From Candidatus Hodarchaeota archaeon (GTDB lineage Archaea > Asgardarchaeota > Lokiarchaeia > Sigyniarchaeales > SOKP01), in contig JBHLKM010000007.1 of assembly GCA_048886685.1 (NCBI GenBank), forward strand, positions 64,001-128,000: DNA of 64,000 bases. Reading direction: 5' to 3'. The position numbers were made by a program, and so were the translations under genes. Below are positions 36,653 through 46,178 of the stretch, in pieces. The first letter of the stretch is position 1. Each line of letters starts with the position of its first letter. The notes beneath the pieces are model-generated. The model searched no databases, was not told the origin of the DNA, and saw nothing but the letters and a program-made list of their open reading frames with translations.

Positions 36653-37981
36653 TTGAGTGAAAAAGTAGCTGAAATCCGAGAAATTTTAATGAAACATCAC
36701 GAATGGTTTAAAAAATCAATTCCTTTAATTGCGTCGGAGAATATAACTAGTCCTGCAGTAGATGAGGCTTGTGCCAGTGATTTCTCACATCGATATGCTG
36801 AAGGATGGTCAGGTGAAAGAGTATATGCGGGTTGTACGTATATTGACCAGATTGAGGACATTTGTATGGAGCTCGCGAAAGAGTATTACTCCGTTCTTCA
36901 CGCCGACGTACGCCCTGTCTCAGGTGTTGTAGCAAATTTAGTAATGTATAATGCATTCACTTCAGATAATAACGGTAAAATGTGTTGTATGGCAATCGTT
37001 AGAGGTGGTCATATTTCACATGGCCCAAGATTTGCAAAAAGTGGGCGAGAAATTTTTGGAACAGCAGGGACAACAAGAGGTATAAATGTTGAATATTTAG
37101 CTTTTGACAATGATGAAATGAATTTAGATATTGATGCTTCTGCGAAAATAATAAGAGAATTTGAACCAGAATTGGTTTTATTTGGTGGTTCAGTATTCTT
37201 ATTTCCACACCCCGTTAAAGAGCTTGGTGATGTTTCAAAAGAAGTTGGAGCCTATGTTGGGTATGATGCAGCTCATGTAGCCGGTTTAATAGGTTCTGGA
37301 TATTTTCAAGATCCTTTAAGAGAAGGAGCAGATGCTATGACAATGAGTACTCATAAAACTCTTCCTGGCCCTCAACATGGGGCTTTAGTATCGAATAGGG
37401 AGGATTTAATTGATACATTAAGGTCATGTGCTTTTCCAGCATTATTATCTAATCATCATCTTCATAATGTAGCTGGTTTAGCAATTGCCATAGCAGAGAT
37501 GTTAGAATTTGGGAAGGAGTACCATAAAAACGTTATTGAGAATGCTAAAGCGCTTGGACAAGCATTGTATGAACGGGGAATTAAAGTATTAATGGAACAT
37601 AAAGGTTTTACAGAATCTCACCAAATAGTTGTTGATATAACTGAATTTGAGAAAACAATTGGATTAGGTGGGGATATTGAAAAGTTATTAGAAAAAGCAA
37701 ATATCATTCTTAATCGGAATCTTCTTCCCTATGACATTGCTGAAGGAAGACATTATCAGAATCCTGGAGGATTGAGAATTGGGACATCAGAAATCACCAG
37801 ACTTGGAATGGGTAAAACTGAAATGACAGATATCGCAGAACTAATCAAAAAATTACTAATTGATAAGAAGAATCCTAAAATAATAGGAAATGAAGTCGCA
37901 GAATTTAGAAAAGAATTCCAAAGTATTGGATATTGTTTTCAAACTCCCAGTAAGGCTTATGAATACCTAAAATTTTATTAA
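36653..37981 (+). CDS. glyA: Serine hydroxymethyltransferase
   Basis: LIASEN, RYAEG, GGHISH, YDAAH, STHKTLPGP (PLP Lys), GLRIGTSE.TR.G. Confidence 0.97.
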   Translation: MSEKVAEIREILMKHHEWFKKSIPLIASENITSPAVDEACASDFSHRYAEGWSGERVYAGCTYIDQIEDICMELAKEYYSVLHADVRPVSGVVANLVMYNAFTSDNNGKMCCMAIVRGGHISHGPRFAKSGREIFGTAGTTRGINVEYLAFDNDEMNLDIDASAKIIREFEPELVLFGGSVFLFPHPVKELGDVSKEVGAYVGYDAAHVAGLIGSGYFQDPLREGADAMTMSTHKTLPGPQHGALVSNREDLIDTLRSCAFPALLSNHHLHNVAGLAIAIAEMLEFGKEYHKNVIENAKALGQALYERGIKVLMEHKGFTESHQIVVDITEFEKTIGLGGDIEKLLEKANIILNRNLLPYDIAEGRHYQNPGGLRIGTSEITRLGMGKTEMTDIAELIKKLLIDKKNPKIIGNEVAEFRKEFQSIGYCFQTPSKAYEYLKFY

Positions 37982-38115
37982 TTCAAAATATTTTTTTTAA
38001 CACCAAAATTAAAGAGTTCTTGCTAAATATTCATATTTTTGCTAGAAATATAACAATAAAACTTATCTTATATCCTTCATGATTTTGAATATTAAATAAC
38101 TTAATTTACATTATC

Positions 38116-38949
38116 ATGGATATCGAAGTTCTTGAAAAATCAAATCAAAGGATAATATTTGTTGTACAAGATATTTCTATTGAGATGGCGAATGCTATTA
38201 GAAGGATAATTATGTCTGAAATCCCTGTAATGGCAATTGATGAAGTCATCGTTTTGAAAAACGACAGTCCTTTATATGATGAGATAATCTCTCATAGACT
38301 TGGAATGATACCGCTTACTACTGATTTGGAAACATATAAACTACCACAAGATTGTGATTGTGGAGGATATGGTTGTCCACTATGCCAAGTTTCATTAACA
38401 TGCGAAGTTTCTAACATGACGAATATGCCATTAGATGTATATTCGGGTGATTTAAAATCAAATGATCCTAAAATCGTGCCGGTTAATCCAAAAATCCCAA
38501 TTGTGAAAATTGATAAAAATAATCAATTAATTATTGAAGCATATGCAATTTTAGGGAAAGCGAGAGATCATGTAAAATGGCAAGCTGTATCTAATATTTT
38601 TTATAGATTTCATCCAGAAATAGAATTTAACGATGAAAACTGTAAAAATTGTGTAGATAAATGCATAGTATCGAGAATGTGCCCTGAAAGTTTATATGAT
38701 TTTTCAGATGGGAAAATAGTAAAATTAAAGGAAGATTACTGGAAGACTTGCACATTATGTAAATCGTGTGAAAGAGATTGTCCACAAAAAGTTATCAAAG
38801 TAGGATCAAAAGATAATGCTTACATTTTTTCTATCGAAAGCGACGGAGTTTTACCCTTTAACACAATTATTAAGAAAACTTTTGAAATCTTTTTAGGAAA
38901 AATCGATGAATTTGTTGAAAACCTTGAAGTCATTGAGTTAGAATCGTGA
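38116..38949 (+). CDS. rpoD: DNA-directed RNA polymerase subunit D (Rpo3)
   Basis: ANAIRR..MSEIP.MAIDEV, DEIISHRLGMIPL, CDC...GCPLC, H.KWQ, ferredoxin-like CTLCKSC..DCP, IESDG. Confidence 0.96.
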   Translation: MDIEVLEKSNQRIIFVVQDISIEMANAIRRIIMSEIPVMAIDEVIVLKNDSPLYDEIISHRLGMIPLTTDLETYKLPQDCDCGGYGCPLCQVSLTCEVSNMTNMPLDVYSGDLKSNDPKIVPVNPKIPIVKIDKNNQLIIEAYAILGKARDHVKWQAVSNIFYRFHPEIEFNDENCKNCVDKCIVSRMCPESLYDFSDGKIVKLKEDYWKTCTLCKSCERDCPQKVIKVGSKDNAYIFSIESDGVLPFNTIIKKTFEIFLGKIDEFVENLEVIELES

Positions 38950-39015
38950 AATTACAAAATTTATTAATATATCAATAATTTAAAATAATAATTAAACCGA
39001 GAGGAATACCTCCTA

Positions 39016-39372
39016 ATGTCTCATAAGATAACTGGTTCAAGTAATTATTACGTTAGAAAGTTGATTAGAGATTTATGGAAAACAAAAATTAAGATTTGGA
39101 GAAAAATCTCTAAAAAGTTAAGTGGTCCGAGAAAAAATAGAGTTTCCCCTAATTTATATCGTATAAACAAAAAAACTAAAGAAAATGATGTGGTAGTTGT
39201 GCCTGGAAAAGTGTTAGGGATGGGACAATTAGATCATACGGTTACAATTGCTTGCTTAGATTGTACAAAATCAGCAAGACAAAAAATCGAATCTTCAGGA
39301 AGTAAGCTGATATCTATTGCGGAGTTATTGGAACAGAACCCTAAAGGCAGTGGAGTAAAAATTTTTTTCTGA
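39016..39372 (+). CDS. rpl18e: 50S ribosomal protein L18e
   Basis: VVVVPGKVLG, NPKGSGVKI; follows rpoD. Confidence 0.95.
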   Translation: MSHKITGSSNYYVRKLIRDLWKTKIKIWRKISKKLSGPRKNRVSPNLYRINKKTKENDVVVVPGKVLGMGQLDHTVTIACLDCTKSARQKIESSGSKLISIAELLEQNPKGSGVKIFF

Positions 39373-39391
39373 TAAAATAATAGAGTGTGTT

Positions 39392-39871
39392 ATGATTATG
39401 GGATTAGAATTTCAATTAATCGATGCTACAGATAAGATTTTAGGTAGATTTTGCAGCCAAATTGCTAAAAAAGCTTTATTAGGCTATAACATAGTAATAA
39501 TTAATGCAAAAAATGCGATAATAAGCGGGACCAGAAGAGATATTCATGAAAAGTATTTAGCAAAATTAAAAATTTCTACTGCTACAAATCCCCTAAGAGG
39601 TCCATTTCATGAAAGGAGACCTGATACTTTCATGAGAAGGGTAATAAAACAAATGCTTCCGCGAAAAAAACTTCGGGGGAAAGAAGCGCTCAAAAGGGTT
39701 CATGTGTATATTTCTGAGATTCCTGAACGGTTTAAAAGCAAATATCAAAAGCTAACGCCAACAGAAATATATAATGCTGAAAAAAAGCGTCTTTCTTATT
39801 ATAATAGATATATTACTTTAGAAAATCTTTGTATGCGTATTGGATGGAATAAAAAAGAAATTGAGGTGTAA
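39392..39871 (+). CDS. rpl13: 50S ribosomal protein L13 (uL13)
   Basis: IDAT..ILGR..S.IAK, NP.RGPFH.RRP, MLPRK..RG..AL. Confidence 0.95.
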   Translation: MIMGLEFQLIDATDKILGRFCSQIAKKALLGYNIVIINAKNAIISGTRRDIHEKYLAKLKISTATNPLRGPFHERRPDTFMRRVIKQMLPRKKLRGKEALKRVHVYISEIPERFKSKYQKLTPTEIYNAEKKRLSYYNRYITLENLCMRIGWNKKEIEV

Positions 39872-39876
39872 TCAGT

Positions 39877-40287
39877 ATGTCAGTTAAAGTGGTTCAATCA
39901 TCAGGTAAAAGGAAAGCTGCTATAGCGAGAGCTATATTGAAACATCCTTCAAAAGGACAAATCAAAATCAATAATGTTCCTCTACATTTATATGAACCGG
40001 AAATAGCACGGTTGAGGATCCAAGAAGTTCTTGAAATCATAAATCATCCTAAGCTTGAAAAATGTGATATTAATGTTCGGGTTAAAGGTGGTGGGATAAG
40101 TGGGCAAACAGACGCTGTACGTATGGCTATTGCTAAATCAATCCATAAATTTATAGGAACAAAAACAATAGAACGGACTTTTAGAGAATATGATGATTCA
40201 TTGTTAAGTGGAGATTCTCGAAGGACAGAACCAAAGAAATTTGGTGGTAAAAAGGCACGCGCTCGTAGACAGAAAAGTTTTAGATAA
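39877..40287 (+). CDS. rps9: 30S ribosomal protein S9 (uS9)
   Basis: GKRK.AIARA, V.GGG..GQ..A.R.AIA, D.RR.EPKKFGG..ARARRQKSFR. Confidence 0.97.
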   Translation: MSVKVVQSSGKRKAAIARAILKHPSKGQIKINNVPLHLYEPEIARLRIQEVLEIINHPKLEKCDINVRVKGGGISGQTDAVRMAIAKSIHKFIGTKTIERTFREYDDSLLSGDSRRTEPKKFGGKKARARRQKSFR

Positions 40288-40299
40288 TTTTTAATAGGT

Positions 40300-41616
40300 T
40301 TACCTTGTTTCTATCTGAACACCTAATTTTTGTAGATCCTCTAAAAAGGAAGGGTAAGAATCTTTTACAATTTCGATATTTGTTATTTGAGATTTTGAAG
40401 AAGCATATAAAGCAGCAATAGTACAAGCCATTGCTACCCTATGATCGTATTCATGATCTATTATCGACCCATTTAATTTGTTACAATGATAGATTGTTAG
40501 TTTTTCATCTTCTTCCTTGACATTAACACCCATTTTTTTTAATTCTCTTGCCATAGACGCAATTCGATCGCTTTCTTTTAAGCGGAGATTCCCAGCATTA
40601 TAGAGTATAGTTTCGCCATTCGCAAATGCACCTATAACAGAAAGAATCGGGAATAAGTCTGGGATATCACTACAATCGATCTCTATCCCATTTAAGCTAT
40701 TATTGGTTAAATCTCCGTGTACAACTACTTGTTTTTGATTCTCATCAAATTCGATGTCAGCACCCATTTCTCTTAGAATCTCAATTATTTTTTTGTCTCC
40801 CTGAGCATTTTCCATACTTAAATTATTTATTATAACTATCGTTGGTTCACTAGACAAAACAGCCGCTGCGATAATGAATGCAGAAGAAGAGAAATCTCCA
40901 GGTATTTCATATGATTGAGCTCTATAACTTTGTTCGCTTGTGACATAAAATTTCCCTTCTTCCAGATCTTCCTGTATATTAATCCCAAATGCGTTTAATA
41001 CATCTAGAGTAATTTTTATATATGGAATAGAAACTAATGGAGTGGTTAGTTCTATTTCAATGAAATCGGTATCTCTACATACCAATAGAGGGCAAGCAAA
41101 TAATAAGGCGGTTATAAATTGAGAACTTATATCTCCGGGGATTTTTATTTTATTACATAACTTTTTCTTACGTTCTATCTTAATTTTATCTCCAGATATT
41201 TTATATTTTCCTCCTAAAGCCTCTAAAGCATTGAGGAGTGGAATAATTGGTCTATTCCTCTCTAAAAATTCTCCTGTCAAAAAAAGACCACCTTTAACGA
41301 AAAGGCTTAAAGCGCAAAAAATTCTAAAGGAGGTCCCTGAATTTTTACAATCTAAAGCTTTTTTGACTGATCTAAACGGTATTTTATCACATTTAACGAC
41401 ATAGGAATTTTCTGTGGATTTTATTATTTTAACACCTAAAGCTTTTAAATTTTTAATTGTTATTTCTGAATCTCCAATTGTCAACGGATTTTTAATTATG
41501 GAAATTCCCTCAGCTAAGCTTGCCGCAACAAAAGCTCTATGTGTATAACTTTTAGACCCAGGTGCTGTGATTTCACCCTTTAAGTTGCTTATTAATGGTG
41601 TTATTTCTAAATCCAT
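40300..41616 (-). CDS. aroA: 3-phosphoshikimate 1-carboxyvinyltransferase (EPSP synthase)
   Basis: PGSKSYTHRA, NSGTS.R, SSQFITALL, GDFSS, LRLKESDRI, DHRVAM, SYP.F. Confidence 0.96.
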   Translation of the reverse strand: MDLEITPLISNLKGEITAPGSKSYTHRAFVAASLAEGISIIKNPLTIGDSEITIKNLKALGVKIIKSTENSYVVKCDKIPFRSVKKALDCKNSGTSFRIFCALSLFVKGGLFLTGEFLERNRPIIPLLNALEALGGKYKISGDKIKIERKKKLCNKIKIPGDISSQFITALLFACPLLVCRDTDFIEIELTTPLVSIPYIKITLDVLNAFGINIQEDLEEGKFYVTSEQSYRAQSYEIPGDFSSSAFIIAAAVLSSEPTIVIINNLSMENAQGDKKIIEILREMGADIEFDENQKQVVVHGDLTNNSLNGIEIDCSDIPDLFPILSVIGAFANGETILYNAGNLRLKESDRIASMARELKKMGVNVKEEDEKLTIYHCNKLNGSIIDHEYDHRVAMACTIAALYASSKSQITNIEIVKDSYPSFLEDLQKLGVQIETR

Positions 41617-41686
41617 TAAATAATAAATAGAAAATAATAGATATAATATTAATTAAATATTATTGTAAAATTAAGTTATAGTAGAT

Positions 41687-42805
41687 GTGATTATTGTGGT
41701 AGATAATACTCTTGGAACACTCTTTAAAATAACCTCATTCGGAGAGAGTCATGGTGATTTAATTGGTATAATTGTAGATGGTACTCCAGCAGGGATTGAG
41801 TTAGATTTGGAATTTATCCAAAAAGAATTAGATAGGAGAAAACCCGGACAATCTTCTCTAACGACTACTCGTATAGAAGAAGATAAAGTAAAAATAGTAT
41901 CAGGTATCTTCAATAAAAGAACAACAGGGGCACCCATTTGTCTAATTATTGAAAATAAAGATGTAGATTCTTCAAAATATGAAGAGTTTAAGAATATTTT
42001 GCGTCCTTCTCATATAGACTATTCTGCATTAAAGAAATACGGACAATATTACGACTATAGAGGATCAGGAAGATTTTCTGGGAGAATAACTGCAGGATTC
42101 GTTATGGCTGGATCGATAGCTAAACAAATCCTTAAAAAATATAAAATTACAACATGTGCTTATACTAAAAGCATTGGAAATATAATTGATGAGAATGTGT
42201 ATAGCATAAGTGATTATGAGAAATTTCTTGAATTAAGAGAGAGATCTCCTGTTAGAACATTAAATCGAGAAAAATCAATATTAATGGAAAAAATAATAAA
42301 AGAAGTTAGAGCTCAAAGAGATTCGGTTGGTGGATTGGTAAAATGTATTGTTAGCGGATTCCCTGCTGGAAAGGGAGGGCCTATCTTTAATAGCATCGAA
42401 TCAAACATAAGTAAGGCAATATTTGCAATCCCTGCAATAAAAGGCATAGAATTTGGAGCAGGATTTAAAGCTTCGAGCATGAAAGGTTCTGAGCATAATG
42501 ATCCTTGGATCCTTAAAGATGGTAAGATACAGACAACAAAAAATGATTCTGGGGGGATCATAGGGGGAATTTCAATAGGTATGCCCATTGAGTTTACGGT
42601 TGCTGTAAAACCCACTGCTTCTATTGGAATCCCTCAAAAAACTGTAAATATTAATACAAAGGAAAACATAGAGTTTGAATTCTCTGGTCGTCATGATCCG
42701 TGTATAGTGCCACGAATAATTCCAGTGGTTGAAGCTATGACATCAATTGTCTTACTTGATTGTTTATTAATTGAAGGTTATATTCCAAGAGTTTTTGAAG
42801 CTTAG
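41687..42805 (+). CDS. aroC: Chorismate synthase
   Basis: FGESHG, RRKPGQS, RPSH.D, GRFSGR.TA, GGIIGGIS, KPTASI, GRHDPC. Confidence 0.97.
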   Translation: MIIVVDNTLGTLFKITSFGESHGDLIGIIVDGTPAGIELDLEFIQKELDRRKPGQSSLTTTRIEEDKVKIVSGIFNKRTTGAPICLIIENKDVDSSKYEEFKNILRPSHIDYSALKKYGQYYDYRGSGRFSGRITAGFVMAGSIAKQILKKYKITTCAYTKSIGNIIDENVYSISDYEKFLELRERSPVRTLNREKSILMEKIIKEVRAQRDSVGGLVKCIVSGFPAGKGGPIFNSIESNISKAIFAIPAIKGIEFGAGFKASSMKGSEHNDPWILKDGKIQTTKNDSGGIIGGISIGMPIEFTVAVKPTASIGIPQKTVNINTKENIEFEFSGRHDPCIVPRIIPVVEAMTSIVLLDCLLIEGYIPRVFEA

Positions 42806-42878
42806 AAGAATACATTAGCCATTAAGAAATTCAAAAAAAAGGGTACTCCCAGAAGAACAAAATAAGTTATGATTTATT

Positions 42879-43112
42879 ATGACAAAAACACTCCAGGAAA
42901 AGTATATTAATGCAATTATTGAAATAATAGATCGTTGGTCTTTTGAACAATGTGCTTTTTGTGAAGATGGAACCATGGTTTCTATAGAAGGCATGCTTGA
43001 TTATAAATGTAGTAGATGTGGAAAGACTATGAATCCTGTTAATTATTTAGTTGAAATTGCTAGAATTGTTTTAGATTACAGAGAACAATTTGAAAGTGAA
43101 AAAGATAACTGA
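42879..43112 (+). CDS. Small zinc-ribbon protein
   Basis: CAFC..G.M......YKCSRCG. Confidence 0.7.
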   Translation: MTKTLQEKYINAIIEIIDRWSFEQCAFCEDGTMVSIEGMLDYKCSRCGKTMNPVNYLVEIARIVLDYREQFESEKDN

Positions 43113-43332
43113 TAGAATGATTAATTTACTTAATTAGTTAACTTAATCCCTAAAGCTTTGGTTTAGAAATTTAATTTCAATTATAGTATTTAATCTATAA
43201 TTCTACAGAAAAGTAGAACCTCTCTGGAAAAAGATCGAGTAGAAGAAAACGTATAAATTATAGTTAAGTTATTATAATTTAAAACACAAAATACTATATA
43301 ATTTAAACTAGATTTTTTGTAATTACAATTAA

Positions 43333-43563
43333 ATGGATAAAAAAATCGACACTTCGGACCAATTCATTGAATTTTATAAAAAAAAGGGTGATTACTTAGT
43401 ATCTTTATCAGAAAATCATTTCAAGAATGTAGAATATCGAAAATGTCTTGAATTATTAAATCAAGCATATAATATGTATATGAAAGGAAATTACACCGAA
43501 CTTGCTGAACAAACTAAACAAAAGTTCATGGAAATTAAAGAAAAATATTTTCAAAAAAAGTAA
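43333..43563 (+). CDS. Small helical (TPR-like hairpin) protein
   Basis: 76-aa ORF; Y.KCLELLNQAYNMY.KG....LAE resembles a single TPR/SNAP-like repeat. Confidence 0.65.
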   Translation: MDKKIDTSDQFIEFYKKKGDYLVSLSENHFKNVEYRKCLELLNQAYNMYMKGNYTELAEQTKQKFMEIKEKYFQKK

Positions 43564-43574
43564 GTGTAATTTTT

Positions 43575-44069
43575 TTAATCCGTAATGGAATTTGTACTTA
43601 ACCTTTTCTCAATATCATCAATATGAGAACCTTTCCAATAGATTTTTTTACATTGCGAATTTAAACATTGGTAAAATTCATTATGTTGATTAAAAGTTTC
43701 TTGTAGAATAAGATGTTTGATATCGCTTATTTCCTCAACTTTTTTCATTTTGGAATTGCATATAGAACATCGTGCATGCTGAATATTGAATTTAAAATTC
43801 AATCCCAGATTTTTTTTTAACTGATTTAAGTAATTATATACACCTTCTCCTTTCAAATATATAGCATTATTGGCAAAACTCTTATAAAAAAGATAATCTT
43901 TTGTTATAACAAATCTATTAGTCTCCTTTGCAAATACTAATAATTGTTCGTCAGGGACAGGATCCCTCTTGAAGAAATCTATTAAATCATTTGCATATAA
44001 AGTATCATAACCGAATATCCTTAGGAATCGAGCTAGTTTACCTAACATCGAATCAACTAAAAATTTCAT
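43575..44069 (-). CDS. Mut7-C RNase (PIN-like + Zn ribbon) family protein
   Basis: FLVDSMLGKLARFLR.FGYDT, ITKD, RCSICN, C...CKKIYWKGSH. Confidence 0.92.
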   Translation of the reverse strand: MKFLVDSMLGKLARFLRIFGYDTLYANDLIDFFKRDPVPDEQLLVFAKETNRFVITKDYLFYKSFANNAIYLKGEGVYNYLNQLKKNLGLNFKFNIQHARCSICNSKMKKVEEISDIKHLILQETFNQHNEFYQCLNSQCKKIYWKGSHIDDIEKRLSTNSITD

Positions 44070-44174
44070 ATTATTATCCCGATTATTTAATTAAATTCTT
44101 CTAGATTAAATATATTTAAAACATGTAATAAATTATATAACTGGAATTTAACGAAAAAAAATATATCACCTCAA

Positions 44175-44702
44175 ATGGAAACTAAAGACTTAATGGAAAA
44201 GGCAGCAAGGTTTCATGGACATATATGTCCCGGGTTGGCAATAGGTGTTTTAGCCGTTAAATATGTTCTAGAAAATGGTTTCAATTATTCTCCTAATGAA
44301 GAAGTTGTTGCAGTGGTTGAGAACGATAACTGTAGTGTAGACGCGCTTCAGTCGCTCCTCGGAGTCACCTATGGTAAGGGCAACTTGATTCATCAAGATT
44401 ATGGTAAACTTAATTATTACTTATATAATAGAGAAACTCAAAAAGCGTTAAAATTGTCTGTAAAAAGTAAAACTTTTGGAGACAAGAAGTTATCAAAACA
44501 CGAGCGCATTAAACATCTACTTGATTCTAAACCTGAAGAAATATTTTCAATATATGAAATAGAATTTAATCCTCCTAGTTTAGCTGAGATTGAAGAATCT
44601 ATACCTTGTGACATTTGTGGTGAACCAACTATGAATAGTAGACTTATGTTCTATGAGAATAGTAGTATGTGTATTCCATGCTATAAAGCTCAGAGAAAAT
44701 AA
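44175..44702 (+). CDS. FmdE family protein with C-terminal Zn finger
   Basis: FHGHICPGLAIG, C.VDALQ...G.T.GKGN, CDICGE...CIPC. Confidence 0.92.
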   Translation: METKDLMEKAARFHGHICPGLAIGVLAVKYVLENGFNYSPNEEVVAVVENDNCSVDALQSLLGVTYGKGNLIHQDYGKLNYYLYNRETQKALKLSVKSKTFGDKKLSKHERIKHLLDSKPEEIFSIYEIEFNPPSLAEIEESIPCDICGEPTMNSRLMFYENSSMCIPCYKAQRK

Positions 44703-44808
44703 ATAATGAGTTATATTTTGTTAATCTATGAAGTTCAAACCTCTATGTTTTCCGTTTTTATACTTGAAAAATATTTTTAAATTAATTTGTACATTAGATG
44801 AATAACTC

Positions 44809-46041
44809 ATGATTAAGAATATTGATAAAGGAAATACTTTATTAGTAAAAGGCCCTACAAGAATAACATTATTAGAGGGAAAATTAGACGTTTTTGGAAA
44901 GTTAGTTCTTCCAGAAAAGGAAATTTTAACATCAAATAGATCCGATATTGAAGATGAAAATGTTTTAATAATACCCAGTGCCCAATGTTATCCCCTCTAT
45001 GCATATGAGAATGCAAAATTAGAAATTTATACAAGTAACGAAGAAAACCTAAAATTAGTTAAAGAAAATTCAATTTCATCAGCATGGATTGATATTAAAA
45101 ATGAGATACTAGAAGAATTAAAAAAAGGAAAAGAAACACCTCTAAAAATTATGGTGATAGGTTTTAGTAGTGGTAAAACTACACTCATTAAATACTTAGC
45201 AAATAATTTTATGAAAGAAGGATTAAAGGGAGGATACCTTGATTCAGATCTTGGCCAACAAATTATTTATATCCCAACTACTATAAATTTGGGTACAATA
45301 AAAGAATATATAATTTCGAGTAAAGATATCCATTCTGAAGACACTGTATTTATTGGAGCAACATACCCTAAGGGAGATAATAAATATATAGTATCACTTT
45401 CATGTAGGAAAATGATTGATGATTATATTACAGAAAATCCAGATGTTAACTTTATTTTAATTGATACTGATGGCTGGATAAAAACTGAAGCAGGTATCCT
45501 ATATAAGAATTATTTCATAAAAACAGTAGATCCAGACATTTTAATTGCATTTCATGATGATACGATTGAAGAATTAAAGGATATTGAGAAGACTGCTTCT
45601 AGTCAAAGGAAAGATAGAAAAATTTATTTGATAAAGGAAGTAAATGAATATTTCTGTGAACGAGATAAAGATGAAAGAAGATTTCTGAGACAAAGTCAGT
45701 TTTCTAAGAAATTTGAGGAATTTAGAAAAATATCTATACCGTTAAATGATATTAAATTTATAAAAACAGATTATAATAAGGAATTAGATGAAATAGTTGA
45801 AACAGAAATAGAAATTAATGAATTAATAAACCTACCATATCATTACGTAATAATTGGTTTACTAACAGAAAATTCCGAATTAGTGGAAATTGGACTTCTT
45901 TTTACTATAAATGCTGAAAAAAATTACATATTGCTTTATTCAAACTTAACTTATAAACAGCAACTTCAAATAAAAAAAATACTGCTTGGGAGTCTTAGAT
46001 TATCTACAAAAGGTAATCATCAAGGTTACTTATATCTATAG
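44809..46041 (+). CDS. Clp1/Grc3/Nol9-like polynucleotide 5'-OH kinase
   Basis: SGKTT, LDSDLGQ..I..PTTI, IDTDGWI, ERR.LR. Confidence 0.85.
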   Translation: MIKNIDKGNTLLVKGPTRITLLEGKLDVFGKLVLPEKEILTSNRSDIEDENVLIIPSAQCYPLYAYENAKLEIYTSNEENLKLVKENSISSAWIDIKNEILEELKKGKETPLKIMVIGFSSGKTTLIKYLANNFMKEGLKGGYLDSDLGQQIIYIPTTINLGTIKEYIISSKDIHSEDTVFIGATYPKGDNKYIVSLSCRKMIDDYITENPDVNFILIDTDGWIKTEAGILYKNYFIKTVDPDILIAFHDDTIEELKDIEKTASSQRKDRKIYLIKEVNEYFCERDKDERRFLRQSQFSKKFEEFRKISIPLNDIKFIKTDYNKELDEIVETEIEINELINLPYHYVIIGLLTENSELVEIGLLFTINAEKNYILLYSNLTYKQQLQIKKILLGSLRLSTKGNHQGYLYL

Positions 46042-46178
46042 TTATTTCTATGAATTAAGATAACCAAAATTCAAAAGTTCTCGCTCCAATTTATTAAAAT
46101 AAATAGAATGAGGATTTCATTTAGTAAAAGATTATAAAATAAGATTGAATTAAAATTATTATATAAATATAATATTAA

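Noticed and set aside
44175-44702. Formylmethanofuran dehydrogenase operon
   Set aside because: The FmdE-family gene stands alone without fwdA/B/C/D; such solitary homologues are common.
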